Shown here piece after piece: positions 27,480-40,598 of a DNA stretch of 64,000 nt. This stretch comes from Marsupella aquatica (Eukaryota > Plantae > Marchantiophyta), in assembly GCA_973895155.1 (NCBI GenBank), contig OZ316891.1, positions 14,229,037-14,293,036 of the forward strand, written 5' to 3'. The notes under the pieces are model-generated. The model was given only the letters and a program-made list of their open reading frames with translations. It was not told where the DNA came from and did not search any database. Positions within the stretch are counted from its first letter, which is position 1. Every line of letters begins with the position of its first letter. The position numbers and the translations under genes were made by a program.

Positions 27480-30400
27480 GTGAATGCAGCCTGTGAAAGG
27501 AAGATTGCAAGGGTTGTCACATTCTGTGAATCCTTATGAGGAGGCCCGAAATCAGAACATAGAGCATAATGTCAGAATTATGCGTGATCTAGGACTGGGG
27601 CCAGACTGCAAGCTGATGTGTGTGTTGATATGTCTATTGCAAATTTGATTCAGTAGATGGAGTTGTCAGGTTCATGTTCTGTTTTCATATTCCAGATTGG
27701 TCTCATACTAGTATGGATCCTGTACATAAGTACTAGTGTTACGGTGTTGTAGATTCATTTTGCCTGTATGTTTGATCTGCATTGGTGTATGTTGATGATT
27801 GCTTTGTTCCTTAGAGGCCCAACCACACATGTACAACGAGAGAGAGGAAAGCCTGCTTTGGTGAAAGGTACTTCAACTGAAACATTGCCAAAGAGGAGGA
27901 GCTCTAGACTATCAGAAGTTACCAAGGTGAACATGGCAGAGTTTGGTGATGATGGCTATGGTTCTCCTTCTGAGTATGACACTGAGGATTCTGACATTGG
28001 AGGGTCAGAACCAGAGAGTGCACAACAGGTAATGCTTGAACTTCATCATCCTAATAGGAAGGGATCCTTGTCCCTTTTTCAAATTATATGTTGATATGCT
28101 TACGTTGTCCATGATGTAGGTACAGAAACAAAATCGTGGTCCTAAGAAGACTGGGCCTGGTGGAGGTGGGCTAGTGAGATGTTGGAAAGACCCAGACACT
28201 GGACTCTTATATGAAAGTGAGTGGATTGTACTGTTCTACTTTTCAGGTGTGTTTGGAAGTTGATATTCTACTTGGAAATGAAATTAATTGAAGTGCTTTG
28301 GTGTTGTGTGTTTGTTTAGTGGTTCCATCAGCATCTGAAGGCAGATCAGGTCAATCTGATGTACTACATTCCAGAGGATCTTCAGGTAATACACAATCTG
28401 CTCGTCATGCATATGCAAGTACATTTGCTCAACTTTTCAATCATGTACATATTTTTTGATTGAATGCATGTGTGTGCATTGCAGGAGGGGCCTCTGAGAT
28501 GCGCAGGGAATGAAGGCATGCTAAGAAGCAGTTTGATAATACTGCCAAACAACGAAGGGATTGCGGAGAGGTGCCCAAACACATTAAAGTGAGTATTGTA
28601 CTTGTTTGTAGATTTAGACAAATCTGATCCTCTCTGTTGTTGTGTGTATAAAACCTGGACTCTGCATAAATTCCAGAGTTATGATCTGACATTGTCTGTG
28701 AAATGCAGATTTATGACAATGATATTGATGATTCTGATGGCAACAAACAATACTGGCTGGAGGAACTTCGTGGCAACGTACTCAGAGTCTTTGATGTATC
28801 AAAGCCAAAATGGACTGATCATCCACAAGTTCATACAACCACAGTGTGGAATAACATGGCAGCTAAGTGGGAGTATGTGGGTGGGGAATTTATTAACACC
28901 AAATTCCAGAGTCATTGTCGTGGCATATTGAAGAGAGAGCGCCATAAAATGCATGTTTATTGGAAGAAAGTTTGCAATGAGGATCCAACCAAACCTGGGC
29001 CATCTGGTGTTGATCCAAAGAAATGGGCAGCTTTGGTATCTCATTTTACCAGTCCAGCATTGATATCTTTGAGTAAACAGATGACTGATAAAAGAGCACG
29101 AGTGCAAGATACCTCTCACTTTGGAAGGGGAGGGCATGCTGCAGCAGCAAAGAGAATGGTAAATTGTCTATCATTTTCACTATCAATTCTGTCTTGTTTG
29201 TGAATCTTGATGAAAACAAACTCTGTGATTTCTCATTCATTGTGTGTTTGAACAGAAGCAGAAGAGAGGATCAAGCCCAGGTATATCTGACCTGAAAGAA
29301 AACCATGGTAGTCAGGGTTCATTGCCAAAGGTGACAATGAGCCCATCATTGGCAAGTGCAGAAGGTCAGACTGGTAGTTTTGTGGGAGCAAAGGTGAGCC
29401 CATCATTGGCAAGTGGGGAGGGTAAAAGTGCTAGCTTACTGGGGCAAGGAAACAGACATGGATCAGCTGTGAGTATTGTCATACCAATTTGATTTGTACA
29501 TCATTCTCCATTTGACAGAGCCAGTGTTGTGTCGTTTGTAAGTTTGACAGTGAGACTGTTGTGTTGGTTTGTGGTTCATTTACAGACCCCACATTCAAAA
29601 GAAGAGATCACTGCCATTGGGGCTGTGAAATTGGATGTCGCTGAGTTGAAAGGCACTGTGAGGGAGTTGACAAACATGATGACTACATGGATGGCACATC
29701 ACCCCAGTAATGCACAAGTTCCAACAGTTGTGCCTAGTCACAGTAAGTTGACTACAACTACCAAACAAGGTAGTAGAAAGCGATCTCTTACTTTTTCAGG
29801 CGATAATGAAGGTAAAATTCTCTATCATGTATACACTGTCCATTCAATGCAATTATTGTGATGTGTATATGTCATTGCATGTTTATAATGTTCTTGCATG
29901 TTTTTAGTGTGATTATATGTTGCTGGTGTATACATGTTTGTTTATGCATTTCTTTTGTGTGTGTTTTATGACAGCATCTTTAGGGGAGCCTCCTGTGTCG
30001 CAGGGAAGACCAACTGACACAGCTAACAGTACTCTAAAGCAAACTGAATTGGAAGTGAACCTTTTGCCATCTAAGTTGCCCAAAGAAGCCATTTCAGATG
30101 CCTTTCAGTTGCCAGAGGATAAGTAGACTCAGTTGACACCAGATGTAACCCCAGAATCATCTGAGTTGCCAAAAGAAACTCCCATTCCAAGTGAACAGGA
30201 TGACACTCCATCAACTAGAAAGGGAAAGAAGAAAAGGAAGAAAGGATCCTCAACAAATGCATCACCTGCACAGAAGAAACCAATGCAGTCTCCTAACCCC
30301 GTTGCAAAGGTAAATGTGTGTTTGATTTGAGTGTTCTTCTATCTTTCAATTTCTGTTTATTGCATTTTTAACAAAATGTGTTGTTCACAGTTTGCAAGAG

Positions 30401-30651
30401 GAGATTTGGTGAAGATGAAGAGCGTTGTGGACAATTCCATGATAGTGGCAGAAGGTGAGGTGACAGGGCTGCCAGGAGAAGATAAGTTTCATTGTGCAGA
30501 TTTTGAAAGCCCTTTCTTGCGAGTGCGTGTGATTGAAGTGTTTGTAGATGTGGCATTGCCATTTGCCAATTCAGGGGAGAACCAGTCTAAATTATCTGAT
30601 GTGAAAGGGATGAATTCCCTATGGAACTCTAGATTGCTTAAGAAGCAATAG
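27480..30651 (+). CDS. CACTA-1 second gene, TnpA-like (Transposase_24-like and Tnp1/En/Spm-like domains), multi-exon, probably with a stop at ~30124
   Basis: YEEARNQNIEHNVRIMRDLGL; PSGVDPKKWAALVSHF..RARVQDTSHFGRGG; C-terminal VAEGEV..FH..RVRVIEV..LPF..LW; many GT-AG junctions. Exon limits approximate. Confidence 0.75.
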
Positions 30652-30999
30652 AAATAGCACTCTATCAAGAAACAATAGACATGATAGAATGACAACTCTG
30701 TTTTTCTATAAACATGCAGAGTGATTGGTATGTCAGGTTGTAACAATTGACAATCTAATATTATTGATGTCAATGTAATTTTGTTTCATAAATTTGCATT
30801 GAGTTCAATATTTACCGTGAGACTTATGAAGGTATCTTGTATGAATATCAATTGGATTTGTGATATATATCGAATGTTTCTTTAAGTTTTCATTTAGCAA
30901 CTCTATTGAATGGCTTTGTAATATATGATTTTTGATTGACATCAAGTTTTATCTATCATGATCACTTAAATTTGAATTTCTCCAAATCATTGAATACTT

Positions 31000-31720
31000 C
31001 GTCTGAATGACTGGCTTGAATGACTAAATGACTGGCTAGAATGACTGATGTAATGGTCATTATTCACAACTATCTTTGTGACCAATATGACTCAACTCTG
31101 GTCATTAAAGACATAGACTAAATGATTCAAAGAATGACATATACAATGACCTTTCTCATGGTCATTATAAACAAGTCCACTATGACTCACTTTATGTCAT
31201 TCAAGACATGTCATTAATGACTAATGTGTATCTTTACGTGTCTTCTCCCAATTGAACCACGTGTCTCAATATGACTTGTTTATACTATAGTCATTTTGGA
31301 CACGTCCAAAATGACCCAAATATATTGCCAAATGGTGAATCCTCTTTGAACCACGTGTCACTATTTGATTTGTTATATAATGTACGTCATTTTGGACAAG
31401 TCCAAAATGACCAATGTTATTTGTTTTTTTATTGCCACGTGTCGTTGTGTGATTGGGTACGGGGACCATCGACGATCAACGGCAATTGACCGTCGATGGT
31501 GATTTGTGTCGTCATTTTGGACCGTTCAACATTTATGACCATATCATAAAAATGGTCATTTAGGATAGTATGAAATGACCACATGTTTTTAGCGTCATTT
31601 GTCCAAAAGGACCGTGACCAAAATGTCCGTTGTGACGTGTCTGGAAAGACGAGAACAATTGCGTCATTGTTTTGTTAAAAAGACCTGATTAATAGTCATT
31701 GTTTCGGTCATAAAATACAT
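31000..31720. repeat. CACTA-1 right subterminal repeats
   Basis: Dense atgac/gtcat motifs in both orientations before the right TIR. Confidence 0.85.
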
Positions 31721-31735
31721 TGTTTTCTACTAGTG

Positions 31736-34700
31736 TGTCCAGTCCATAACGATATCTCCAGGAAGAGTCACCAATTCCAAAATAGTTTGCATGAAACCCA
31801 CAGGCAAGCGTGAATTTCTTGCAAATTGGAGCTCAAGAGTCGGGTCATGTCGCGGCAACGAAAACCCAATGATGTTAGTGACGGAAGGGTCTTCTGCATT
31901 CGATAGTGGCCGGAACTTGGGGTCTTTCGGGACCCTTCCCTTTGACAAAATGCGGCAAAATATATTAAGAGTAAGTGTGAATATCTGCAACACAGTTTCC
32001 CAATGAAGGCAGTATAAGAAAACAGACACATATATATTAGCACTTGGCGCTAGTCAACCCTTCATCCTTACAAAAGATAAGTGAAGTGTAGATAAAGCGA
32101 ATGCTGATAGTAGCGTCGGGCGCTAGTATGTGCAAGAGGAATTGTTACCTGAGTATCATATCGGGGTCTATACATTGGTGCAGTCATGACCACATGGTGG
32201 GTTGAAATACACTGGAAACTCTTAGAATCCTGGTAAGCGGCAATCACTTCAGATACCTGATCATAGTCTCCTCTGTGTAAAATTGCAAGTAGGCCATCGT
32301 CAGCCAGGAACGGCTCCATGGCTCGGAAGAAAGAGCTGGGAATAGTGTAATCCTGAAGGTTCCACTTGGGAACTTTCCGATCAAGAAGTGTTGGTTTTAA
32401 TCCAGTGGGAATGTAGGTGAAACCAGCATCTACACCAAAGCCCCTCTCTTTTCCGCCACGCATTACTCCCTTCTCTCTGTCTCCTGACTTTACCAATTCC
32501 TTTCCCCAGGCCTCAACTTTAGTAACCCACATGGGCTTCATCCCCTTGTTAAATACTGAATCGTAAAATTTGTTTAAATTGGACTCCACAAAACAGTGTC
32601 TAGAACACCTTTGTTTAAAATTCCCGACATCTCTCTGGAGTCCACAGGAAATAACGTCTCGAGTAGATGATGTTGCTCTGTCCTCATCGGCGCCTCTCTT
32701 TTTCTTTTTCTTAGTGCTAGTTGTGTCAACAGGGACAATGGATTTGCCAGCACCATCCGGGGTCCCTTGATCCGGGGTTTCTTGAGCTCCAGTGTTTGCC
32801 TCCGATGCCTGAGGAGTTGCATCATTCTTCCCTTCGGCAGCCGGGACCTTCGTGTCGGACTTTTGACCTCTTGTTAGGCACAGAAACTTGCATGAGTCCA
32901 ACCTTTCAGACTAGCGCCAGGCACTATTAATCAAAGGAATTTCCAAATGAAACTTCTTCATAAGCAGTGCCAACAAGTAACCAAAAAGCGCATAGACTAC
33001 TCACTTTTCTTGAAGGACCTTGTGGAGTCACTTGGTGCAGCTGACTCATTCTTCGCCTTTGCTCTTGGCTTCCGGCTTCGGTCAACGTGCATGACAAGAG
33101 ACTCGCAATTCTTCTATAACTCAGATGCAAATTTGTCAACATCAGACTGGAGACCTTGCTTCATTGTAGACACATAGTTGGCAGGGATCTGGGACTTCTG
33201 CAACTTCATGAAGGCATCCTTCTTAGCTTCGTCGAACGGAAAATCCCATTTGTCCGTGTCGAGGTACCACGGACAGTGAAGTCTCTCCCACTCCGACAAT
33301 GAACGTGGTGGAAACTTTCCCTCCGCTGGGTACATCAAATACAGGTCGGCAAGAGCGTCTCCATCTTTGATAGACACTCATTTCTGAAATGCAGCAGGGT
33401 ATGCCCACAGAGTGTCAGGAGATCTAAGCTCCATCCACATGTAAAACCGGTATAGATATCGTTTGGCTCTTTTCCGGTTCCGCTCTGTGTAATCTTCCTT
33501 GTCCACATATTTGGAAGGCCACAAGTTGTTGAAGAATTTTGCCTTGACAAGATCCCCAAAGTTTCTGAATTCATCGAGAATGATCTTAAGCATGGCCTCC
33601 ATTGACTCACACCCAGACTTTGTGAGACGGTCAACCGGCATCCGGTCAGAAATCTGTTTGAAGGAAGTGTGAAGCATTCTAGTTGCAATTCCCTCCACAA
33701 AATTCCAAGTATGCCATGTATGGCACCACTGCTTCACAGGCTCGTTGTTGACACTTGCAGGATGGAAAAACTGTTTCCGAATCTCGGGAGTGCAGTGGGC
33801 TACTAGAAGGGTGCACCTCAATTTTGGATCCAGGTATGAAACAATAGTAAACAACCTGGCTCGATCCATTGTGCATACAACTATGTCTGGCTTCTTCTCC
33901 CATTTTTTCTTCTCGGTTACGGGATACATCTCAGCACAGATTCCCAAATAATCTCCAAAATCCGGATGAAGTAAAGGGGTGATCTTTGTCACTTTGATCG
34001 ACCAATCTTTGGTCGCCTCTTTCATCATTGCCTCATGCCTCTTTGTGGTCTCCTCTTCTGACCAAGGAGCCCCTTGAGCTTTGGCTAAAGCCATATCAGA
34101 CTTAAATTGATTTGAGTAAGACTTGATTTTGTCCACACATAGAATGTAGATGAGAGCGTCCTGTGGCATTTTATGTGTAAACCAAGACCCCTTTCTTGTC
34201 TTGTTTCAGATCGCCTCAAACTTTGCCATGTTTGCGGTGTCTATGAGTGGCTTATAGTGATCAAGATCACGCGACAGAAGTTGGGAAATTTTGTTCGCGT
34301 CAAGAATCCAGGAAGGCTCGACGACTGCTTGTCCAAGCCTGGATGCAATGAAAAGGAATTAGTGCCGGGCGCTAGCAAAAATTGGGGAATGAACACTTTC
34401 GCAAAGCATGTTTGGTCCAAAATGAATGACAGGGGTAACAACAGTTAACAAAAATAAATTACTGGTTCACGGTGTGCATTGCTGCCTCGAGCTCAACTAG
34501 CAAACCTCTGTCACCATTGAAAATGACGCAAATCACACGAGGATGATACTTCAAGTTGTCCAGATTCTCCCTTGTGACGATTGACCAGGAGTACAATCGA
34601 TGATTTCCGTCAAACACACAAAACATTTTATCTTTTAGAATATGGAAAGCTGGGTCCGCATCACACTCTTCCTCAAACTTGTCATTCTCTGCGACCCAGA

Positions 34701-35120
34701 TTGGATCCCAAGAGTCCTGGATCTTGGTGGTGCATATCTGAGGAACCCCATTGGCATTCGCAGGCTGAATGTAGAAAGCCATCCCAATGCGCGAGTTGTA
34801 CCCGGTGACCCGGAATGATTCTTTCAACTTCTTGATCGATGCACTTTCTTTCTATAAGGTTCAAACAACCTCCATGGGTAGCAATCTACACAGAGGAATT
34901 TGAGGTGGCTCCTTATTGAATCCTCAAAAATCCTTCCCGAACGACAATGCATGCTTTGATATTACCTCATCCATCGATAAGCCTATGTCACTGACTTCAC
35001 CCATGGAGACCTACTTCGGGTCCATTCTCCCTCTTCTCGACCTCGGGAAGGGCTGTGCAGATTCTGCTTTGGAAGTTGACAGGGACGCAGTCGATCGAGT
35101 GACGCAACGGGTGTATACTG
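31736..35120 (-). pseudogene. E1 ParB/Sulfiredoxin-like plus beta-class DNA amino-methyltransferase-like gene, multi-exon, with stops and a frameshift; continues at 12922-12653
   Basis: ParB-like segment R..DQEVER(I)KESFRVTGY..FCVFDGNHRLYSW (34459-34880); motif IV-like GVDAGFTYIPTG..VPKWN..EPFLADDGLLAI (32068-32901); RLPVGFMQTILELVTLPGDIVMDW leading into motif I. Motif IV precedes motif I, the beta order. Confidence 0.75.
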
Positions 35121-35563
35121 AACCAGCAAATAAAGACTAAGAGGACTTAGAATGACCACCATCAACCTCCCCCATTCTCGTATCACCCAGCCAAAAATTG
35201 CCGTGGAGAGCGACTCGACCACCCCGCACTATCGTACGCGCCGTGCAGTTCTTGTGATGATCACGTCTCAAAATGTACGGGACCAATAAAGGACGCACAT
35301 ACGCACTTGACAAACTTGTACAGTCCGAGGTATGAGCGCTTAGATGGACTAAATTATCTCCAACGAGCAATCTCAACCTCGTATTAAGACACCGATACAA
35401 TGGGCCCAGCCATTCGATATTCACGGCCCCAAGTACAGATGGCATTCTCCGATTGGACTTTCATCCCAGACAAAAGCAAAAAGGGTTCCGTGAACCTCAA
35501 TCTACAATAATATTACCGTTGTAAAGTGACCGTTGGAACCACAACAGTGTCGGTAGATCAAGA

Positions 35564-36901
35564 TAGCGCCAGGCGCTATTATACAACATACCTTCAAATG
35601 TATCGGAAAAAACGTCTTCATGTAGCTACAGGCATTGTTATCGATAATACTGTCTCTAAATTTTCAAATTTTGTGTTGGTGTCAACAAGCCAACTTTAGT
35701 AGCGCTCGGCGCTAGTATTCAAATAAATCATGAAATCAGAGTGCAATGACAACAAACATGAATGCATGAACCCATTCATTCAGAGAATATTCCAATAAAT
35801 TTTAATAGCGCCTGGAGCTATTAAAATGCACATCAATTGAACAAAATTTGTTCAAAGAAAAGTAAAACATAACTCCTAACGGGTCTATCTTGTGATTCCT
35901 TTAATTAATAGCGCCCAACGCTATAAAAAACAATTTAAAGATAAGACATGTCCCGACCGAGTTAAAGACACTTTGTTTCTCATAATAGCACCGAACGCTA
36001 CTAAAAACATTGGTAGCCAGCGAGTGTTTCCAACAATTTCAAAGAAATCGATCAGGTTCACATTCAGAATTACAATGCAAACACGAGAGTAGAATCGGAA
36101 ATTAAACCTTGGTATTCTGAATTCAAAAGCATTGACACCGATGTAAAAACGAACGGCTGTGCCATTCATATACAAAATGTTACACTACACTAGAAATCCG
36201 ACATACGATGAAGGAACGGTATGTGTTTCCTATCGGAAAAACACATGTGGAAACAGATCCTCCTTTGCCTTCCCTCGTGGAGGTGCCATTGAAAGTGAGG
36301 ACAAGGGACGAGGACAATAACAAGAAGCGAGGACAAGAATGCGAATGAGGACAAGAGCGCGAGTGAGGACAAGAATGAGAAACGAGGACAAGAATGAGAA
36401 TGAGAACGCGCCCGAAAGCAAAGTAGAACCACTGGGCCCGAAAGCGAGAACGAGAACCACGTGCCCGAAAGATGAGCCACAACTTTGCCTTAGTGAAGAA
36501 TGGCTCTACAATGAGGACATCGAAGGAGAACAACAAGATATAAGGAGAATTTGCACTTTGTCCCTGGTACCCACTTCAAAGAGGACCCTCGGACAGCACT
36601 TTCGGAGACGCATCCTTTCTGACATATTTGGACCCGGGCGGATCGGATTCGAGAAGATCCAATGGAGATCTTCAAGCGTGCCAACTTAATGACTCGTACT
36701 GTATCACATTATCGTACTTTTCTTTCCATTGAATGTTTTCAAGTCCATTGAAATAGGTAGCGCCAGGCGCTATTATTAATTTCCCTTGTACTCCTCACCC
36801 AAGAATGTTTGCACCCAAAGGTAGCGCCAGGCACTATTATTATTGGCCTACGTAGTCCTCACCCAAGAGTGTTTTACACCTTGAGGTAGCGCCAGGCGCT
36901 A
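35564..36901. promoter_or_regulatory. Cluster of eight 15-bp palindromes TAGCGCCNGGCGCTA between the divergent E1 genes (putative protein-binding sites)
   Basis: Copies at 35564, 35700, 35806, 35909, 35986, 36758, 36822 and 36887. A regulatory role is inference. Confidence 0.7.
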
Positions 36902-37040
36902 ATAACTAGGAACCCAAATCTTGCCGTTGGTAAGACGACAAAACATCATTGATGGAGTGCGTCCAAATCTATAACGACTCTATAGTGAGAATACAACGTT
37001 TACTTCTCATACTCGAATCTCATGATAAACATATTTCATT

Positions 37041-37975
37041 TTGTGTGGGGCAAAGGCATATCCCTCTTTTGAAGCCATGGCTCAAAATATTGTTGTCACG
37101 AGGAAGGACACTCGGGATGTAATCACAATCCCTGTCCTCGAATCATGTGAATCAAAGCGTGTTTTAGAGGAATATTTGGGAGTGAGATTTGATGTCGCCA
37201 AGGAGTCTATTTTAGCGATCTCGTTGGTGTTGGTTTGCTTGGGGGAGACTCTAGTTTTCAACGATGTTGTTCATGGTCAAAGATATTGGACTCTGGAGGC
37301 TCCAAGAGAATATGAGATTTTTGTTTTGAGAGATTTTGGGGCCTCCTCTACTCATCCTCCCACAGCGGCTAAACTCGATGTCATTGAACTCTCAGAAAGT
37401 TTTGGAGATGATAAGCAAGCGACAACTACTCTCAGAGAGAAGATTCCAGTTTACCCATCCGAGATTAAAAAGGAGTCTAATGCGGATCGAGAAAAGATCG
37501 TGCCTTTGACTATGTACCGGCAGAGTGCAATAGATACAATCTTGAAATCCAAAGGTCATAGTGAATTGTCTTGGTTTATAAGGGGGAGTGATTTTGTTCA
37601 TCACGTAGTGCCTAGTCTTCCCACATCTTACAATGGGAATGTGGTTTTTGAGTTACCCCCGGTAGACTGTGTGAACGCAAAAGGTGAACGTTTGAAAGAT
37701 ATGGATCGCGGTAAGGATTGTTATTATTGGACTCGGATTGTGAAAACATCTTCAAATGTTCTTCCGAAGAAAATGTGGGATTTCGGGAAAGTCCAGTGTA
37801 CGGGATCGTTGCAATGTCGAAATAATGCTTGTCCGTGGTGGAAAGACAACAAGTTTTGAAATAATGAGATGTGGGCAAGAACCCCAAAACTTTTGGGCCC
37901 ATTCCGAGTTGGGGAATTGATCTCCGAAGGTGGAGTTGTTTGTCACCATTGCTCCGAACCTCCGATGTGCGCCCT
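37041..37975 (+). pseudogene. Truncated N-terminus of a putative MULE-related transposase with a GCM/WRKY-like Zn module
   Basis: LPTSYNGNVVFELPP..MDRGKDCYYWTRIVKTSS..QCTGSLQCRNNACPW; after TGA 37857 the same frame gives NEMW..FRVGE..VCHHCSEPPMC and then loses coherence. The family call is from recalled similarity; no DDE core is in the window. Confidence 0.6.
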
Positions 37976-38950
37976 GGGCCCTTACTCTGTGTATATTAAT
38001 GGAACCGGCCTGTGAACGCCCCTCCCCTCCAAACCCCTTTAGTAGTATTTTTTGCCCTTTTAAAAAGCTCTTATTAGTATTAATAAATTACTTTTGGGTC
38101 ATTAAGAAAGCCCTTTAGGCTATTATAATCTTCATCAAAATGACATTAAATATGCTCTTCAGGTGTTATAAAAAATTATGTCAAAGAGATTCTAAGTCAA
38201 ACAGATTGGAATAAACATTTCACATTATCAAAAGCAAAAACAGGAACAACATATTCTTTATGTACACACTTCCTCGCAAGAAGGTAGGAGTCAAGGCATT
38301 TAAGAGTCAAACAAACTCATACAAGTATCCAAATTTAAGTTGTAAACATTTTACGCTGTCATCTATGAAAACCGTAAGTCCACATTGCACTTAAGTTTGT
38401 CCCATAGTTTGTTGAGCATATTCATCATCGTTTACAGGAAAGTTATCCTTTGAGTCTAAAGCATTGGAAAACTTATTACATTTAAACTAATTCTTTGATC
38501 ACTAGAAGTGATAAATATCCACCGAGGTACATAAGTGACTCTGGATTGAGACTCTCTATCACTTGTGGCATCATAGAATCCCCACCTGACGCAACATGCA
38601 TTGAACAATGGTGTCAACTTGACCTCCTCCTTCTTTGGGGGCCCTACAAGGCCATATATACCCCTACACCGTTTGATATAGAAACCCCAATTTAAGAAAA
38701 ACCGAACTTTGGAAATTCCGAAAATCACTAAATATTATTATTTTAATAAAAAGGGGGCGACATGACGCATGGCTGCGTGTGAAACCCTGAAAATGACTGC
38801 AACGTCACATTTTAACCAATCCAACTTGACGGGACCAAGAGACATGCTCACGCGAATAATAATAATAGAGAAATAAATCTTTGAGATCCTTTATATATGA
38901 TAACCAGTATATAAGGAGTTTACAAATGGTTTCTAGAACGACAATACAAA

Positions 38951-39680
38951 TTAATCTGATCTCATGCCGACTATTATTTTGGAAGCATCCAAAATTGGGC
39001 GTCTGTTAAATTGCTCTACTAGATATCTATCTCCATGCCTCTGAATCACAGGGTCTTCCCATAGAGTATGATTATAATCATAATCTCTAAAAATAGATTT
39101 AACTGACCAATCTGGATAATCTCTTCCATTGGCAATGACAAGCGGCTCACAAGAGTTTGCTAGCTTGCTAAGATACGGAATCAGCAAGTTAATCAGGAAA
39201 CTGTCGTCGACCGACCCAAAATATTTGGGCGGAAATAATGATCCAACAACAGGATCTAAACAAGCATGAAATGCATCGGATTCGATAAGCATTATGTTTT
39301 GCTGCAGATACGCCTTCGTATAAATTCCAACCTTCTCAAAACACTTCAAAAATATCCGCTTATTTGATGTCACCCCATCGCATAAGTAACAATGAGACTG
39401 ATCCCAAATATACTTAAATGAGGCCATTTCCATCGCAGTAAAAATAGATGCTAAAATCTGATCTAAAAGGTTCTTCCCAAGAGAGGACCAGATCCCTACA
39501 TCGAAATTCTCAAAACAGAATCTCAAGAATTCATGAAGATGAGGCCTTGGAAAAATGTATATATTCCCAATCCGAATTCCAGTTGAGACCGCCATCAGTC
39601 GGGAATGCGGTGCAGTGTAACAGAGTAGATGCTCCACGTCTAAAACTATGAGCCCGTTTTCTTTGCTGCAATGAATCTCC
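38951..39680 (-). CDS. FCP1/SCP-like (NIF) HAD phosphatase-like domain 3, degenerate
   Basis: GLIVLDVEHLL..IFPRPHLHEFLRFCFENFDVGIWSS..IWDQSHC..FLKCF..NIMLIES..DDSFL..LIPYL. Confidence 0.8.
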
Positions 39681-39765
39681 TATAGAGAAACACAAGAAGA
39701 TGCATGAGCCCGTATGGATGTAGTCACGCGAATGGTCGCGTCACATATTACAGAGAAAACATCCT

Positions 39766-40473
39766 CTACACTCTGGCCATTGATAAGTGACGTCTGTTGA
39801 AGTGCTTGATAAGAACTTGATCCGCATGTCTCTGCACGTACAGATGCTCCCATATATCCTCGTTCAGATCCCAATCTCGATGTAGATTTCTAATCAACCA
39901 GATGGGATAATCGAACTTGTTAGCGAATGCAAGACAAAGCCCTGAATTTGATAGCTTTCGTAAATATGGAATGAGGTCATCCCTCAAAAAGACATCATCC
40001 AACGATCCTTGAAATGACTTAGCGAACAATAATCCGCATACAGCTGTCTGGCATGTATGGGAAGGACAGGCATCAATCTGGATTATATTCTCTGGTCGAT
40101 AATCTTGAAACATATCACGTAGTCTCTCGATAGATTTGAAGACAACAGTCTTATAATTTTTCTTCACATAACCAAGATTCCAACAATGATCCCGTGTGAA
40201 CACATATATCAGCTGCGACAGGTCGGTGCTCGACAACACTTCTGAAAGTATCTGATAAACCAGTTTATCATCGAGAATAGACCAGACCATCACATCAAAA
40301 TGATCATAATAGAATTTTATAAGATCATGAAGATGCGGCCTCGGAATGACACATAGAGATCCGATACGAATTCCAGGTGCCGACTTGAGCTGAGGAGTAT
40401 ATTTTGAAACAGAGCACAAGAAGTTTTCCAGTCCTAAAACTAGAAGTTGACGCGACCTGCTCCACTTAGACAC
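39766..40473 (-). CDS. FCP1/SCP-like (NIF) HAD phosphatase-like domain 2, degenerate
   Basis: LLVLGLENFL..IPRPHLHDLIKF..FDVMVWS..VFKSI..ENIIQIDACP..DDVFLRDDLIPYL; no motif I aspartate. Confidence 0.8.
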   Translation of the reverse strand: MSKWSRSRQLLVLGLENFLCSVSKYTPQLKSAPGIRIGSLCVIPRPHLHDLIKFYYDHFDVMVWSILDDKLVYQILSEVLSSTDLSQLIYVFTRDHCWNLGYVKKNYKTVVFKSIERLRDMFQDYRPENIIQIDACPSHTCQTAVCGLLFAKSFQGSLDDVFLRDDLIPYLRKLSNSGLCLAFANKFDYPIWLIRNLHRDWDLNEDIWEHLYVQRHADQVLIKHFNRRHLSMARV

Positions 40474-40598
40474 CTGTAAATGAACAATTCGATTCTCATA
40501 TTATGCAATTGCAAACAACCACGCGACCGGGCGTGTCACTCCCAAAAGTTCAATTTCAATCAATTTATAAATAATAATTGATAATAAACAATAAACGT

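Larger units (their letters stand above)
12923..31735 (+). mobile_element. CACTA (En/Spm) transposon CACTA-1, 18,813 bp, both termini present
   Basis: Left TIR CACTAGAAGAAAAC at 12923; right end GTTTTCTACTAGTG ending 31735; 3-bp TSD TGT at 12920-12922 and 31736-31738; ATGAC/GTCAT subterminal repeats at both ends; TnpD- and TnpA-like genes. Confidence 0.96.
11795..37975. mobile_element. Element E1: putative large MULE-related DNA transposon, interrupted by CACTA-1 and cut by E2; boundaries approximate
   Basis: The same TAGCGCCNGGCGCTA palindrome occurs on both sides of CACTA-1, the methyltransferase-like frame rejoins across CACTA-1, Gypsy similarity ends near 11790, and a transposase-like ORF starts at 37041. 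Confidence 0.6.

Noticed and set aside
35564-36901. Regularly spaced palindromes as CRISPR repeats or bacterial REP elements
   Set aside because: Only 15 bp, mostly irregular spacing, similar spacers in the 64-bp trio, and a spliceosomal-intron context.
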